64,000 nt of DNA from Macrostomum hystrix (GCA_950097015.1 CATNEN010000007.1:558001-622000), one strand, 5' to 3'. Positions 8,900-21,698 are shown, counted from the stretch's first letter. A program made the numbers and translations. The notes: generated from the letters alone by a model not told the origin.

Positions 8900-11800
8900 A
8901 AGGAATATGCAGTAGACTTTCTGACTGATGTGTAAAATGCGAGTCGTTTATTTTAACGAGAGAAAAAACTTCTTTTTGTAGTCAAATGCATTTAAAGCAT
9001 TAATTTCATATGCTAGAATAAATATTAAGAACTAAATATGAGCACATATGAACAGTGAGTGCAACATGGCGATAAATAAAGGTCTTAGTGACAAGAAGAG
9101 ATGTACAGTATCCGACTTTACTGACTGCCAATGAACCATTTCATAAAAAAACAGCAAAATGCAAGAAACAATTTGTAGAAACAAATGTAGATTTGAGGGT
9201 AGCAGGACGAGGAAACAGACGAAGAAACATTGGTTTTAAATTGGCGAAAAGAACTTCCGAAGTTAAGCTTAACGGAACAACGTAGCAAAACCGAGACAAA
9301 ACTGATTGCAGTTTAGGCAAATTGTCCCCTTGTGTGTACTGTGATGTGCAGTAACTTTTATGATCCAACCAAATATAGTTTTGTCTCTTTAAGGAAATGC
9401 GGAACAGTTTGCGACCGACAATAACTCAGACACATTCGAAACACATCCTATGATTGTTGCTTCAGTAGTTATTCGCAAGCCACTCCTCGAAACAGGGGCT
9501 GGGACAAAATGCAGGGGCGCTTGGGCACTCGGTGCAGCAGAAAACAGTGCATTTTGCGTTGCCCCTGCTGTAGCACACGCGACAGCGCTTTGTCGGTCTT
9601 GGATGCGCAATTTGCTGGACATATCTTTTCAGCGAGTGCACAATCAACATGTAAACATGGGCACAGCAGCTGCGCAGTTTAAATGCTGGTACTGGTTGTG
9701 AGTAATATTATCTAGAGTTCCTGTTGTTGTAAAAATATTGTAGCCTTTGTTTTAGCTTTTAGAAGAGATACAGAGATTAAATTGGTTTACCAATGTCCTA
9801 TGTTCGTATGCGATTGGAATGTGCTGCATGTGCTTGTTGTACAGTAATTCTAAATTGGCTTTTAGTGTTCACAGATAAGATTTTAGTGAATGGATTTAGA
9901 CTCATTCAGATTGCGCACGCGATTGCTGAGTGACCTTCAGGTTGCAAAGGAGTTGAGGTGAGGTGAGGCTCAAAAATATATACAAGCTAAATTGAAAAAG
10001 CAAAGCTAAAAATTCATTTAAGAAATTTTATTTAGCAACTTTTCGTCAGCCAATGGTTTCGCTAACCATAGCCAGAACCTCTCTTGGTCTGATTTCATTG
10101 GGTAGGTCCGAAGTAGGCAAACTGGCGAAACGTAAACCTTAAATAAGTGAAAACTGTTCAATTCCATAGGACAATACCTCGTCACTTTCAATAAAACCTA
10201 CTGCTTCACTTTGTCGCAAAGCAATTAAAAGTTTATCATAATTTCTTTATCTTTCTAGGTAGACTTTCAGACTCAGCTGGAATCCATTAGCCTCCTTATC
10301 GATGGATTTCAGGCTGATGCTAACCTGCAGCTGTATGATCTGCATCTTCTCTGGGTGTGAGCTTTTCATTCAGGTTTTGAGCTGCTTTTGAGTTTCAGCT
10401 GTTGATCCATCGGTAGCTCGCAACAGCTACGAAATCATCGAAATTCCGTAAATGCATCCTCACCTGTTACTCATTCTTCAGGCAGCGGCTTCATCGTCAC
10501 CAAAGCCGAAATCGCCGACACCTGGCAGTCGTCCTGGCTCGAGAGCGACAGTCGCTGCTTCCGCCACTCATCGGCCAGACCTGGCGATACGGACTTTTTT
10601 CACTCCAGCAACACTCCGGACAGCTCGGGCTACCAGTGGCTGCTGCTGAAGCTGAGCCGCTGTGTCCGAGTGCGCTCCGTCACTGTCTATGGGAGGCCGG
10701 AGGGTGCGCAAAAGGCAAATTTGATTCAGCCTCTTAGCTACTCGATCATAATTAGTCTTGTAGAGTCTTCAATGTCCTATCAAACTATTGACACCACCTC
10801 ACAATGCCAGTATAATTCAACTTTTTATTGTATTGGCTTTCAAATTAGGTTGCGTTTTGTAAGTTTGATACTTAGAATTTTTTCAGTAATGGTGTCTTCT
10901 TCTCCAGTTCCTGCCAGTGAAAGAGTCAGGGCCCAGGGCATTGAGGTGCTGCTCAGCGACCAGCAACCGGTCGGTCTGACTGAGAATCCGCCAGGCTGCA
11001 CAGCGAGCTTCACTCACAATGTGACCGGATTTCACCTGTGCGGCTCCACCGGCTACTCGGAGAAGCCGGGCTTCGAGTACAAAGTGAACTGCACGGATGG
11101 GAATCATGAAAAGGTTTGATCTGCTTGGTGCAATGTTGGTACATTGTTGGTGCATTTTCCAATAAAATAATATTTTTATTGATTGCAGATGACCCAGTTT
11201 GTACTGCTCAGGAAGTTCGTAACCAAACAGACTAATGATAAGCACATGAACTTCAGACTTCTTGAAATCGATGGAGGTGTGTCATTTTACCCTTTATTTG
11301 ACTCTCCAAAAATTTATAAATTTTACATAATGAAATTATTGCTTACTTTTTCATCTATTTCATAAACTGAGTTTTAAAAAATGTTTTTCAACATCAGTCA
11401 GAGTTTTTTCATTTTCAGAACAGTTCTGCATAAGCGATAGTGCCGGCTGCACAGACAAGTCATTGTTCCTATTGAAGCCCAACGAAAATGTCATGATCAG
11501 AGCATGGCGGCCGTGTGGCAGCCAGCCAGCCAGCACCAACTGCAGCATCGAACTGCCTGACGGGACAGTCAGACAACTGACAATTGTATGCTCCTTGCAT
11601 TTGCATTGTGTGTACTCGTACATTGTGCGAATTCCTAAACAACAGGTCGAGACTGTTTGACATTTCAGATGAGCCGTAACACCGAGTATGCGATCATAAA
11701 ACTCACCAATGTATCATTTGAACTTCACGAATCGACTCTGCAATGTCATCCCAGCTACGCCAATGGGACGTCAATCGAGACTTCACAACTTCTTGGAGTC

Positions 11801-13392
11801 TTCGGTGCGATTGCTTAAAAATCCGAGATATATTGTAACTTAAAGCTCTGCTGCTCCATGTTATATTTTCTGGACTCAAGATGACTCATACCCATTGACC
11901 CCTCAACGAATACATTTTGCACATGCAACTGATTTTACAAGGAAACTAAATTGATTCCAATTTCTGATTCATTTTAACTGCGGTATTTTAGTGAAATCAT
12001 CAAAATCCGACATCGACTTGAACATCACGAAGTTCTGGGTTGTGGGACGGACAGCAGTGTTTACATTCATCACTGAAGGCTCGTTCCCGATGCCAGTGCA
12101 CAGGTGCTGGCTGGTGAATGCTTCTGGTTGGCCAATGAACTCTGTGCTCCCTAAAATCTCAGTAAGAGAGAAATTTCAGTAAGAAAGAATCTCATGTATT
12201 GGAATATTTTATCAGGAATAAAATAGTAAGCTTAATAGTAAGCTATCATCTTAAGAACGGCAGTGTCAATAAGAAGCCACCATTTTCAGAAAAAGAACTC
12301 CAGCAATGGTTTGTTAATCAATCTGAGCACAAACTTCAGCGTGTCTGTAGAGGCCACCCTCGAAGGGCAATCTTTGCATTGTGTGTATCAGGTAGCTGGT
12401 TCAAAAACAAGCGTCAATAAAAAGATCCCCAGGCTACTGAGTAAGCTTTCAACGATTGGCCTGAAAATAAAAGCATTAAATTAAGTTTCTTTAAACCTTG
12501 AACCCGATGCCTTACAGAGCGCTGTGACACGCAGTTTCACCTGAAGCCATCAGCCAGCTGGATTGACGGGCAAACAACAGTCGTGACAGTCGACTCATCA
12601 GATGAGGTCAGAACTGGTGGAGGAGGAGCTAATGTGACATCAGCCAAAAACTAGGTGCCAACAAGCCATGCGTGTGTCATTCAAGACGATGGAAACAGAT
12701 CGCTGCCGATGCAGCTTGTTGAAGTGAGTTGCAGGAATTCATTTTCTGGAACTCATGTTAAATTTTCACGTGAACTTTTAGTAACAACGAAAAACAATAT
12801 CAATAGCACAATTTACATTTCCGAATTGTTTAAAATGAGCAAATTATTCAACTGAAAATAATTGGTATTATTTCAGAACAGCAACATGAGCAGCACATTC
12901 TCGGTGAATGTGAGCAGACACTGGGGCAGCTCAGCATCGATTGCGTGCCTGGTTAATCAGTCAGGACTCATCGAGACCTGGGCTCATCACAGACTGCCAC
13001 CTGTGCTGTGTGAGTTTATAGTGTTTTTGTGCAGAAACCCTTTAACTTATACAAATAGGCTTTATGCACATTTATTGCTCTTTTACATATAATCACACAT
13101 ACATAGACTGTCACAATGCATTTGAATACGCATTCAGTTATAAAGCTGGTGCGTAAAAGGCTGGACTGTTAAATGTTTATTCATATACACAGTATTCTGT
13201 GATTCAATCTATCTGTGACATTCAAACTGCGTAGTTCAAGTAATATCGTAGCGAAAATTATCAGAAGCTGTTAGATTTCTTATGTGATAAGCTCGCTTTT
13301 ATAAACATTTTATTGATACCTTGCAACACAACATGAGTTATCTGAGACGTGATCACAAAAGTTATGCTATTGAGCATGTTTTATGACATCCT
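8900..13392 (+). repeat. ~4.5-kb segmental duplication, copy 1 (copy 2 at 32149-36630)
   Basis: Continuous high identity from AAGGAATATGCAGTAG to ATGACATCCT, covering introns and 9 exons. Confidence 0.95.
9462..9650 (-). mobile_element. piggyBac-like transposase C-terminal cysteine-rich domain remnant (also 32717-32905)
   Basis: KRCRVCYSRGNAKCTVFCCTECPSAPAFCPSPCFEEW matches the CxxC...CxxC...C..PCF pattern. No catalytic DDD domain is seen nearby. Confidence 0.6.
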
Positions 13393-14045
13393 TACGAGTA
13401 GTCAGACACACCGAGACAGATGCAGGGAACTCGTACACTGATAGCACTTGACGTAACGGATTGTTAAAATTTCAAAGACTCAATGATTAGACTAAGCTAG
13501 GACTAATCAAGACGGGATACGAGACTCATGAAGAGGAGCGAGGAAGCGGTGCTTCTTTATAGGCAGGGAGTGCTAAGTTAGAAAGGACGTGATGGAATCA
13601 CGAGGTTTCTAAAAAAAGCAACTGACGTCAGTGGCGCGCAAACGTCACTCCTACGTAGGCTCTGACTCATAATTGGGGTACCAAGTGCAGTAAACATGTT
13701 TACTGAACTTTTAGAAGACAAAGAGAGGCCAGTCACGCGAGACGAAACACGCGATGGCTGGACGTCAGACAGGCACACACAAGAAGGGTGGCAGGGAGAA
13801 CAAAGAGACGCCAGCGTGGGACGAAAAGGTGATGACTCATTCCTTGCAGGGGGAGAAAGCACACTCAAAGTGCAGGCGCGGCCAAGGGGGACAGTCAGGC
13901 AGAGAGGGACAGACCAGTCGGCGCCAGAGAGAGGCGGGCTGGGCAGTCGCTCAGTGCCAAAGAAAGGCACCTAAGCTACCTAAGCAGGTAAGGCAACTGA
14001 CAGCTAGTGAGACACCAATAGGCCTCTAAGCAGTGGCTCACTACG
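13393..14045 (-). mobile_element. Partial LTR related to the solo LTR at 17899-18837
   Basis: Colinear similarity from CTTTATAGGCAGG (13555) to GCAGTGGCTCACTAC (14044). It starts exactly at the duplication breakpoint. Confidence 0.8.
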
Positions 14046-15923
14046 TTTTGTACACTTGTACCATTTTAGTCACTTATAATTGAGGTCAGAATCTCAGAAC
14101 AGCTCAAATTCCTTGGCCCGCAGTCGCTTCAAACAACATCAGCTGGTCCGGTGGGCTGCTCAACGGTTCTGTGCTGAATCTCACGGGGACAACAGCGGAG
14201 GGAAATCCGAGGCCTGGGTTGGACTGCTCACTCAAGACCAGGTCAGTCCTTATCGAGGGAATCGAGGTGAGTCGGAAAAGACTTTTGGCTATCCGAGTCG
14301 TTTTAAAACTCCCAACTTATGAAGTCCCATTTTTTAAACATGTACTCTTTCATGCACTGATCAGGTGATTATAGAGCCCGATGAGAGAGGCAGCAACGGA
14401 GGCTGGGTTCGGACAGCTCGGCTGTTCCACCGATTCACTGAGCAGCAGTCTGAAGTCACAGTCAGCTGCAAGATCAGCCAAGCTCCGTTCTCACCTGTTG
14501 AGAGCACAAGGACTTTTCCAGCTGAGTTCCCAAGGCCACCGAGCAGTACACTTTGCTCCTTTGCGACCGCCAATGGGAGCTCTCCATCGAGCGGATCGGT
14601 GACCATGGTTGTCTTCTGCTGCTCGCTGGCTGCAGCTGCCGCGATCTCCGCCGCGATCTCCGCCGTGGTCACCTTCGCTGTGCTGAAGCGGATGCGAGCT
14701 GCCACCAGCCGCCGAAGCGAGCCTGTGGAGATGCTAGTCAGACAGGCGCAGGTCGAGGTCAAGCCGCCTGATCCGAATGTGAGTAGAGATGCTCATAGCT
14801 CTCAGGTGTTGAATCGTTTGAACAGCATGAATCGAACTGCCATTCCAGACTGTGTACTACGAGGCCTAGAACTGCGAAGTGATCGACAGCTGCGATCTGG
14901 CGCTGACTGTCTGAGTTGAAAGTGAGTGTCACCTCAAAGTGAAAATTGGAAGGAGGAGTGTTCCAAGTACGCCTTTAATGGTTCAAAACACTTGTGCCGA
15001 TTGTAGACTTGATCTTTATGGTCTGTAAGCGTGCACGTCGTGCGATGCTTTCGGAGGTCAATGACCTGTTGGCCACCCCTGCGCCTCGCCCCTCTCTGCC
15101 CCCGCCCATCCGCGCCACCACCTCCCTGTTCTGTTTATTGGCCTGTCTGCCTCCCTAGCTCGCTCACCTGTTTGTTCCGGAGGTAGAGAATAATAATATT
15201 TTTCTTTAACTGCTTGCTTACTCTTCCTTGCCATTTGTGCCGCCCCCAATTTCCCTAGTTTTAAGGCCTTGCTCACTTCTAGTGCTCTAATTTGGCCTTT
15301 ATTTGTTTTGTGTCGCAACTATATTCGGTTGTGATTCCGCATCAACTCGTACCTTAAATACGATTGCATAGGCCCCCAATTTTAAACAGTGGGGTCTCGC
15401 CTTGTGCGGCCCGGTCTCATCTCCACTTGCAGTCTGCTTTTGTCAGGTGCGCTACCATGGAATTAATGCACTACTTCAAAGCTGATCTCCTAGACTGAAC
15501 GGCCCCATTTAGATACTCATGGGTAAAATTAACTATGTTCAATCCGTCACTATCCAAGGAAGCTAATAATATTATGCAGTTTTATGTCGAAAGTTTTAAC
15601 TTTAACTCGTTTAGTCTCAACAACTCACAGCAATAAATCATTAATCAATGCTCATTTAACTAATTACAAGTAATTACAAGTACAAGTCTATACTTGTATA
15701 TTCAGTATCAATGAAGTCATGTTAATGCGGCTTGTGTATTTCTATGAGTGGTGGTTGCTTTTCAATGTAAAACAAGTACATCCATGTATCTAAGAAATGC
15801 TATTTGAATCACTTCAGTGTATTACTGTTACCTGCATGTAAAGCATAAATAAAAAATGTATTCGGTTCTTTGCTCGTTTATCTTGCGAAGTCCAAAAAAC
15901 GGACTTAGGCTTTATGTGTTACC

Positions 15924-16500
15924 CAACAACAAACAACAACATAGTACGCTGTCCGAGTCTAGTACAGCGTCACAGGGCGCGCTTGAGGGCCTGGGCACAA
16001 ACAAAGGCCGCGCCACTGGCAGAGTCTGGAGCGCCGGCATCATCTAGCAGGCAGTCGACGTAGCGCCGGGTACGCGCTTGTCCTCGCCGGTAGGGTGCTT
16101 GTACCGTGAGCAGCAGGACCTCCTGCACCGGCTCTGGGCAGTACGACTCGGCGCGGATGACATGGCTTGCGAGCTGGAGTCGCCGATGGCGCATAAGTTC
16201 GCTTGGCCGGGCCAGGCCGGCGCGGCGGTAGAGTGCCGCATTGGAGACTCGCTGGTCGCCGATCTTGAAGGCAGCGTGCAGCAGGCCAGAGTGCGCCGCG
16301 TCGACCTGATGTTCAAGCGAGTCCGTCAGCGTCCAGGTCTCGGCGTTGTACAAGCGGACGGTCTCGATCACCGCCTGGAACAACGCCGCCCTCTGACGGT
16401 CAGGTAGGGCCTCGGACTGCAGAACGGTCCTCACGGAACGAAAGGCCGCCCATGCAAGCCCGCGGCGACGCCGCAAATCGTCACGAGCGTCGGGTACCAG
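15924..16500 (-). mobile_element. 5'-truncated RTE-like non-LTR retrotransposon
   Basis: Post-RT region DDLRRRRGLAWAAF...LFQAVIETVRLYNAETWTLT...RRLQLASHVIR, a short 3' UTR with a stem-loop, and a (TTG)n tail. Confidence 0.8.
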
Positions 16501-16590
16501 ACGGGTTTAACTATGATTTTCTAAATTACCGGTTCTAGTGTAACGATAATCAATAAAGAAAAAGTTTAAAGGAAAGATACTAGATAAATG

Positions 16591-17258
16591 TGTTGTGTCC
16601 CGAGACGGCCCAGCCGGCTTCGCCTATCGCTCAGGACGAGCAGGGAGGTTCAGCACTTCCGTCCTACTATGTGTCGGCCTACTGTCGCACTAGACGCACA
16701 GGCAGTAAGCCGGCAACCAAGGTCGCAACGAATGCACAGGCCCTGGTGACAAAGTCCTAGTGACTGAACCCCAACAGACAGAGGCAGAACGCCACTTACG
16801 TGGGCTAGCAGTTCTGGTTTGCGCTCGGGAGAGCTGGCTGAGTTGATGTATTTTCCAGAGTAGGCTGTGGTTGGAGTGCTCAAACAAAACCAAAACAGTC
16901 TCGCCAGAGGTGAACGAGCGCGCGCACGCCAATAAATAATACCTGCTCACCCAGGGGGGCTAAGCTGCAGGGTAGACAAACAGCATGTGAGAGAACTAGT
17001 TGCAGCCTCGCCAATCACGCAGGGTCAATAAGACAACTGGGCGAGACGCGAACCAATGAGAGGGCAGGAACGAGAGATAACAATAACTGGGGTACGCAAA
17101 CGTCTTGGCTCAACCAATCAGACGCCAGGGGTGAGAGAAATTGGTAGGCAGGTAGGCGCAGAGCACAGACAGGAGCAGGGGGTAAGCGACTCAAAGTTCA
17201 ACGCGACAGTGAAAGGGCACCAAAAATACAGTACATAGAAAACGAATAAATCACAACA
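16591..17258 (+). mobile_element. Solo LTR (668 bp)
   Basis: TGTTGTG...CACAACA 7-bp inverted termini, 4-bp TSD AATG (16587-16590, 17259-17262), and AATAAA at 17245-17250. Confidence 0.85.
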
Positions 17259-17687
17259 AATGACAAATAAGTGAATCGCAAATCAATGAAAATTGAGCCG
17301 CTGTTAGTTCTAGTCATTCCAGTTTTCTTTGATTCTGTCTGCAACAATCGTGCAGATATTTGTAAACAAGGGCATGTTATCTGGGCATGATGGCGCTAGG
17401 AGATAGCAGAAAGGACATTTTTGTGTGTGCTGTTCTTGCTAAGATTGGTGACACTCCGAGACCACTCATCAAGGCAGGTTGCAGTAAAGGATTAACGAAT
17501 ATGACGCGATTTTTTTTCTTGCGGGGGCAAAAACAAGCACACACCCCCGACCAAAGCCGCAGCGCACCCAACCCAAAATCCAATAGAAATAAGAAAAACA
17601 ACTAGAGGTAAGGTCAGGTGGGCTTCTGGGGGGCTAGCGTGGGGCGACTGACAAAACGCGGTTGACCATTGGCCGCAGGCAACCCCC

Positions 17688-20600
17688 TTATTGTGGCAGG
17701 TAGCGCGAAACCGCGCTGCTGCGCCAGCCGCCGAGCCGCTTGATCTGCTCCATGTCGAGACGGCTGTCGAAAGCTAGGCAGGCGCTGACCTCAGCTTGTT
17801 GATCTTATGGTGTCGCCGCAGGGCCCGTACAGGACAAAGCGGGTGGTCTCCGAGCATCGGCAGGACAGCCTCTTGGTAGTCTTCGCCGCTCTGGTTTGTG
17901 TTGTACCGGTCGTCCTGCTAACAAGGCGGGATCCGGCGAACTCCAATATGAAGTCCAAGATCTCTAGGTAGTGTAGTAGTAGCGCTGCCACCAGGGCGTC
18001 AGTACTTCTGCCTTCGGTGAGGTGAAGGATCCTTGGCCCGAAAAAGAAGAAGTCACGAAGTCTCGAGAAGCACACAGTGCACAGTTTCAGTTGCAAGTAC
18101 AGGCTGTCAGTGTCCTGCGTAGCTCGGATGGTGGGGTGGAAGGCTAAGTTAGTTTCGGGACTTAGCCAGAACTGAGCTTACGAGCAGTCACATGCAGAGA
18201 CTGAAGTAGGAAACTTAGACACTGATGGCACAGTGACTATAACGAAGTCAGAGTATCGCTATCAGAGAAGAACCAGAACTAGAACGACGCTTCTACAATC
18301 GACTTCTAAAGAGCCAGAGGAGCGGGGCCTTTCTTTTATAGGCAGGGGCCTCCCATAGGGTCAGTGCAGAGTTAGAAAACACGTGATGGAATCAAGTGGT
18401 TTCTAAAAATAGCAACTGACGTCAGTGGCGCCAGAAACGTCACTCCTACGTAGGTTCCTGTCCCATAATCAAAGACCCAAGTGCAGTAAACATGTTTACT
18501 TGCACTTTAAAAGACAAAGAGAGAGGCCAGTCACATGAGGAGAATCACGTGCTGACTGAGTGCAGACAACCACACACAAAGAAAATGACAAGGGACAACA
18601 AAGCCAGCGCGGGACAAAGAGGTGATGACTCATCCCTGGGGGGAAGAGACAACACACTCTAAGTGCCGGCGCCGCCGGGAAGGGAAGGGCAGAGAGGGAC
18701 AGACCAGACAACGCCAGAGAGGGCGGGCCGGGCAGCCACTCAATGCTAGCAAAAAGGGGGCACCTAAGCTACCTTGCAGGTGGGGCAAATGACAGCTAGT
18801 GAGACACCAATAGGCCCCAAAGCAGTGGCTCACTACATTTGTCTTGGACTGTCGCACCCGGAGTCTCCAGCACCGACTATCGGGGCGAGCATCGCTGGCT
18901 CGGATAGCGTGACGCCCGCACACATTCGCTTTCCTGAGCAGCGCCCAGAAGCAGCACAGCACGGCAGCCCAAAAGGCGGCATCTGCAGGATCTTCTAGGT
19001 TCACCTGGCTCGCGAGCGAGATAAGCATTGCTGGGGTGATTGGGTCTCGCTGCCTGACCGAGTGGCTGCTCGTTCGCTTCGCGCTCTTAACCGCTAGGTC
19101 GATCAGGGCAGACTTGGTGATGTCGGGCAGTTCTGCGAGCTTGAAGCTCCATCTGATCACCGCCAAGTGGCCGCCGAGGCTGCTGGGTGCCACGCCGCGC
19201 TGAGCCAGGCGCCGCGCTTACTCGGCAAGCTGGACTGGCGATGCCGCTAGTGGGCGGACACCCTCGAGGTCGCAGAAGCGCCGCCACTGCTCGAGATTCG
19301 AGGCGTAGGACGTCTTTGTACTTGGGGCCCAGGCGTTGGCGAGGAAGCGTCCAGAACGTGGAAGGCCCGAAGCCGCAGTCCCCACGCGTCGCACGCAAGC
19401 GACAGCGTATGTGGGATCCGGCTGACGTCGTCGCATGGCGAGCTGAGCTTGTTTAGTGCTCCGACAGCCGCCGAGCTGTCGATGTACACGGCTATGTCCT
19501 GCACCGGCGAAGCGCCTCGGGGCGGGGCAGGCGTGATCGTTTCCTTGACGTTGATGTGGGCCGACGCAGATCGACCGCCAGCATCGTTCTTCCAGTTGAT
19601 GTAAAGCCAGTCGATACTGTCCGCCTAGCGCACAATGCAGGCACCGCCCGAGTTGCAGGCATCGGTCTCGATGACGATCTTTCGCGCGTAGTGAGGCCAG
19701 ATAGGTGCGCAGCCCACAGAGTTGAGGCTTCTCCTCCACCAGTGCAGCAACTCGTTGAGGTGTAGCGCCAGCCGCAGCTTGTTCCTAGGTCTAGCCGCCC
19801 GACTCGCCAACGTCAGCAGGGGGCGAATGGACGCTCGGCCTTTCCTCGTCACGCTGCTCACCCAGGACAGTTTGCCGCAGATCCGCAGGAGTTCACTTTT
19901 GCTGATGACGCGCTGGTGCACGCAGATATGCAGCGCGTTCCCGAGTTCCTTGAGCTTGGCCGGGGGAATGCTCAGTGTCCCTAACTCCGTGTCGATCAAG
20001 ACACCAAGGAAAACGGTGTGCCTCGACGGCGCGCTGGATTTCTGCTCATTGATAATGAATCCCAGTCTTGTCACCAGGTTCCTCACGCTCTCGTAGGCCT
20101 CAGCGCAGGCTTCGTATGTGCTCCCGGCCACGGCGAAGTCATCGAGGTAGCTGACACAGGTGAGGCCGCATCGCTGCATCATGTGCACCACCGCCTTGGA
20201 CAGCCTGTTGAAGTGGTACACCGATGCCGCGGCCCCGAAACTCAGCCGGGTGTCAACCAGGTAGGTCGGTTCGCTGTCGCCACGAACTGCCATTTGATGC
20301 CCACTGCATCCATAGAGGACGGTGGAGACCCGGAGACGAGGTGGATACATTCATACGCCTCCTTGAGGTCGATCTTGGCCGTAAAGTCGCCAGGCTTGAG
20401 CCGCGCGCAAAATCCGCCCACTGTCTCTAACTTGATCTTGTGGTCGGCGAAAAAATGATCGTTGACCGCGCAGCCCTCGGGGCGACTGCAATTGTGGATG
20501 ATGCGGACTCCACCGGCTTCTTTCGGGATGGCACCGAGCGCAGAAACTTTGCATGGGCGTTGAAGGACTTTTACATACCGACCACTAGCCACCTCACGCT

Positions 20601-21420
20601 GCAGCTGCTCATCGACTAACGTATTGTACTCAACGGCAGACGAGTAGTTCTCAACTTCTGAAGGCTTTAAATCAATCTCGGAAGTGAGCGCGAAGCCATT
20701 GCGGACTCCGCCGATTAAAACGGCGGCATCAGGGTCTAGCTCCTTCACCCAAGCATTCAAGTCCAGGGAGCCGCTCGGGTTGTAGCTGAACTCGCGGGTG
20801 GAGTAAAAACTTGGAGTTAAAACCTGCGGCTGCGTACTCGCCGGAGCCACCGCTGGCGGCTCCGCTATTCGTTTTTTTGTCACGTGTTGCGTCTCGCCGT
20901 TATCTGAGCGCAGGCAGACCCGGCATGCATGGCTGTACTTGCAGTTCTGGAACATACAGCCGCCGTGGGTGTTGAACTTAAGGCAGACAGGTGCTTCCTG
21001 GACTACCGGAATCCTCTTCTCCTGGTGTGTGCGGGCATGTTGTTGGGTCTGTTGTGGAGCGATGAGGTGCCTTGCCACTAGCGAGAAACTCGGTTGTGCC
21101 CAGTCCTGCATGCCGGCGTGCTGCTCTCTTCTGAATGCGTCGTCGAATCGCATGATTCTCGCGGTGTCGTAGCCTGCCTCGACCAGCTCGCCAATTTGCA
21201 CGTTGTACTGCAGGTACTGCGGGACACCGTCGAGGTCGAGTTGTCCCCGAGCGATCAGGGCGTCCAGGATACTCACGTTACCGACGATCCACTGACCGAT
21301 GCCTAGCGACTCGGGCCTGGGCTGATTGCCATTTTGACTCGACGTGCTGTCTATACGGAGAGTTGACGCCGTTCTTGGATCACCACCGCAGAAATCCGCG
21401 ACGAGTGGCGTAACATTGGG
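17688..21420 (-). mobile_element. Decayed tyrosine-recombinase retrotransposon (Ngaro/DIRS group): Gag, RT, RNase H, YR
   Basis: Gag zinc finger CLKFNTHGGC...CKYSHACRVC; RT KIDLKEAY...LSFG...YLDD; RNase H TDAC...HINVKE...YIDSSAAV; YR WAPSTKTSY, FWALLRKAN, SKTN, LCPVRAL and IKRLGGWRSSAVSRY. Frameshifts occur near 20285 and in RNase H. No methyltransferase domain was seen, and the element ends are not defined. Confidence 0.9.
17899..18837 (-). mobile_element. Solo LTR (939 bp) inserted in the YR gene
   Basis: Minus-strand termini TGTAGTG...TACAACA and 4-bp TSD TTTG (17895-17898, 18838-18841). Removing it restores SKTNQSGEDYQEAVLP. TATAAAA at 18340-18334. Confidence 0.92.
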
Positions 21421-21698
21421 CCCTGATCGGACCGGTGGATCGGATCGGATCGGTGAGCTTCGCGCACCGATTGCGCCTCTAGTTTACATTCATTGAGCTT
21501 TAAAAAAAAACTCACATCTCCCGATTTTCAGAGTGTATAAGACTTAGAAATCTGAAGGGAATTCAAGAGAGCTCTAGGATAAAACTAGGCCAAAAATAGC
21601 AACACCAGAGAGGGCAAGCAACTGAAAGCAGAAAGATTAGACAAAGATTCGCCCCGAGTTCACCTATTCATTTCAGAGCAAACCCGGTCCGGCATGGC

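Larger units (their letters stand above)
8640..14778 (+). pseudogene. Locus A: lectin-Ig receptor paralog with a nonsense codon and a chimeric 3' end
   Basis: Leader exon 8640-8700 (MDICFQLQLCLICTIGAVHR). Exons 10482-10703, 10908-11113, 11189-11276, 11419-11585, 11669-11804, 11992-12113, 12290-12440, 12518-12723 and 12877-13009, all GT-AG and phase-compatible. TAG at 12652-12654 where locus C has TGG. After an LTR fragment come a divergent Ig half-exon (~14150-14240) and an Ig+TM exon at 14365-14778. Confidence 0.8.

Noticed and set aside
15024-15320. Possible further solo LTR
   Set aside because: It has a TG start and an LTR-like composition, but no clean CA end, TSD or second copy.
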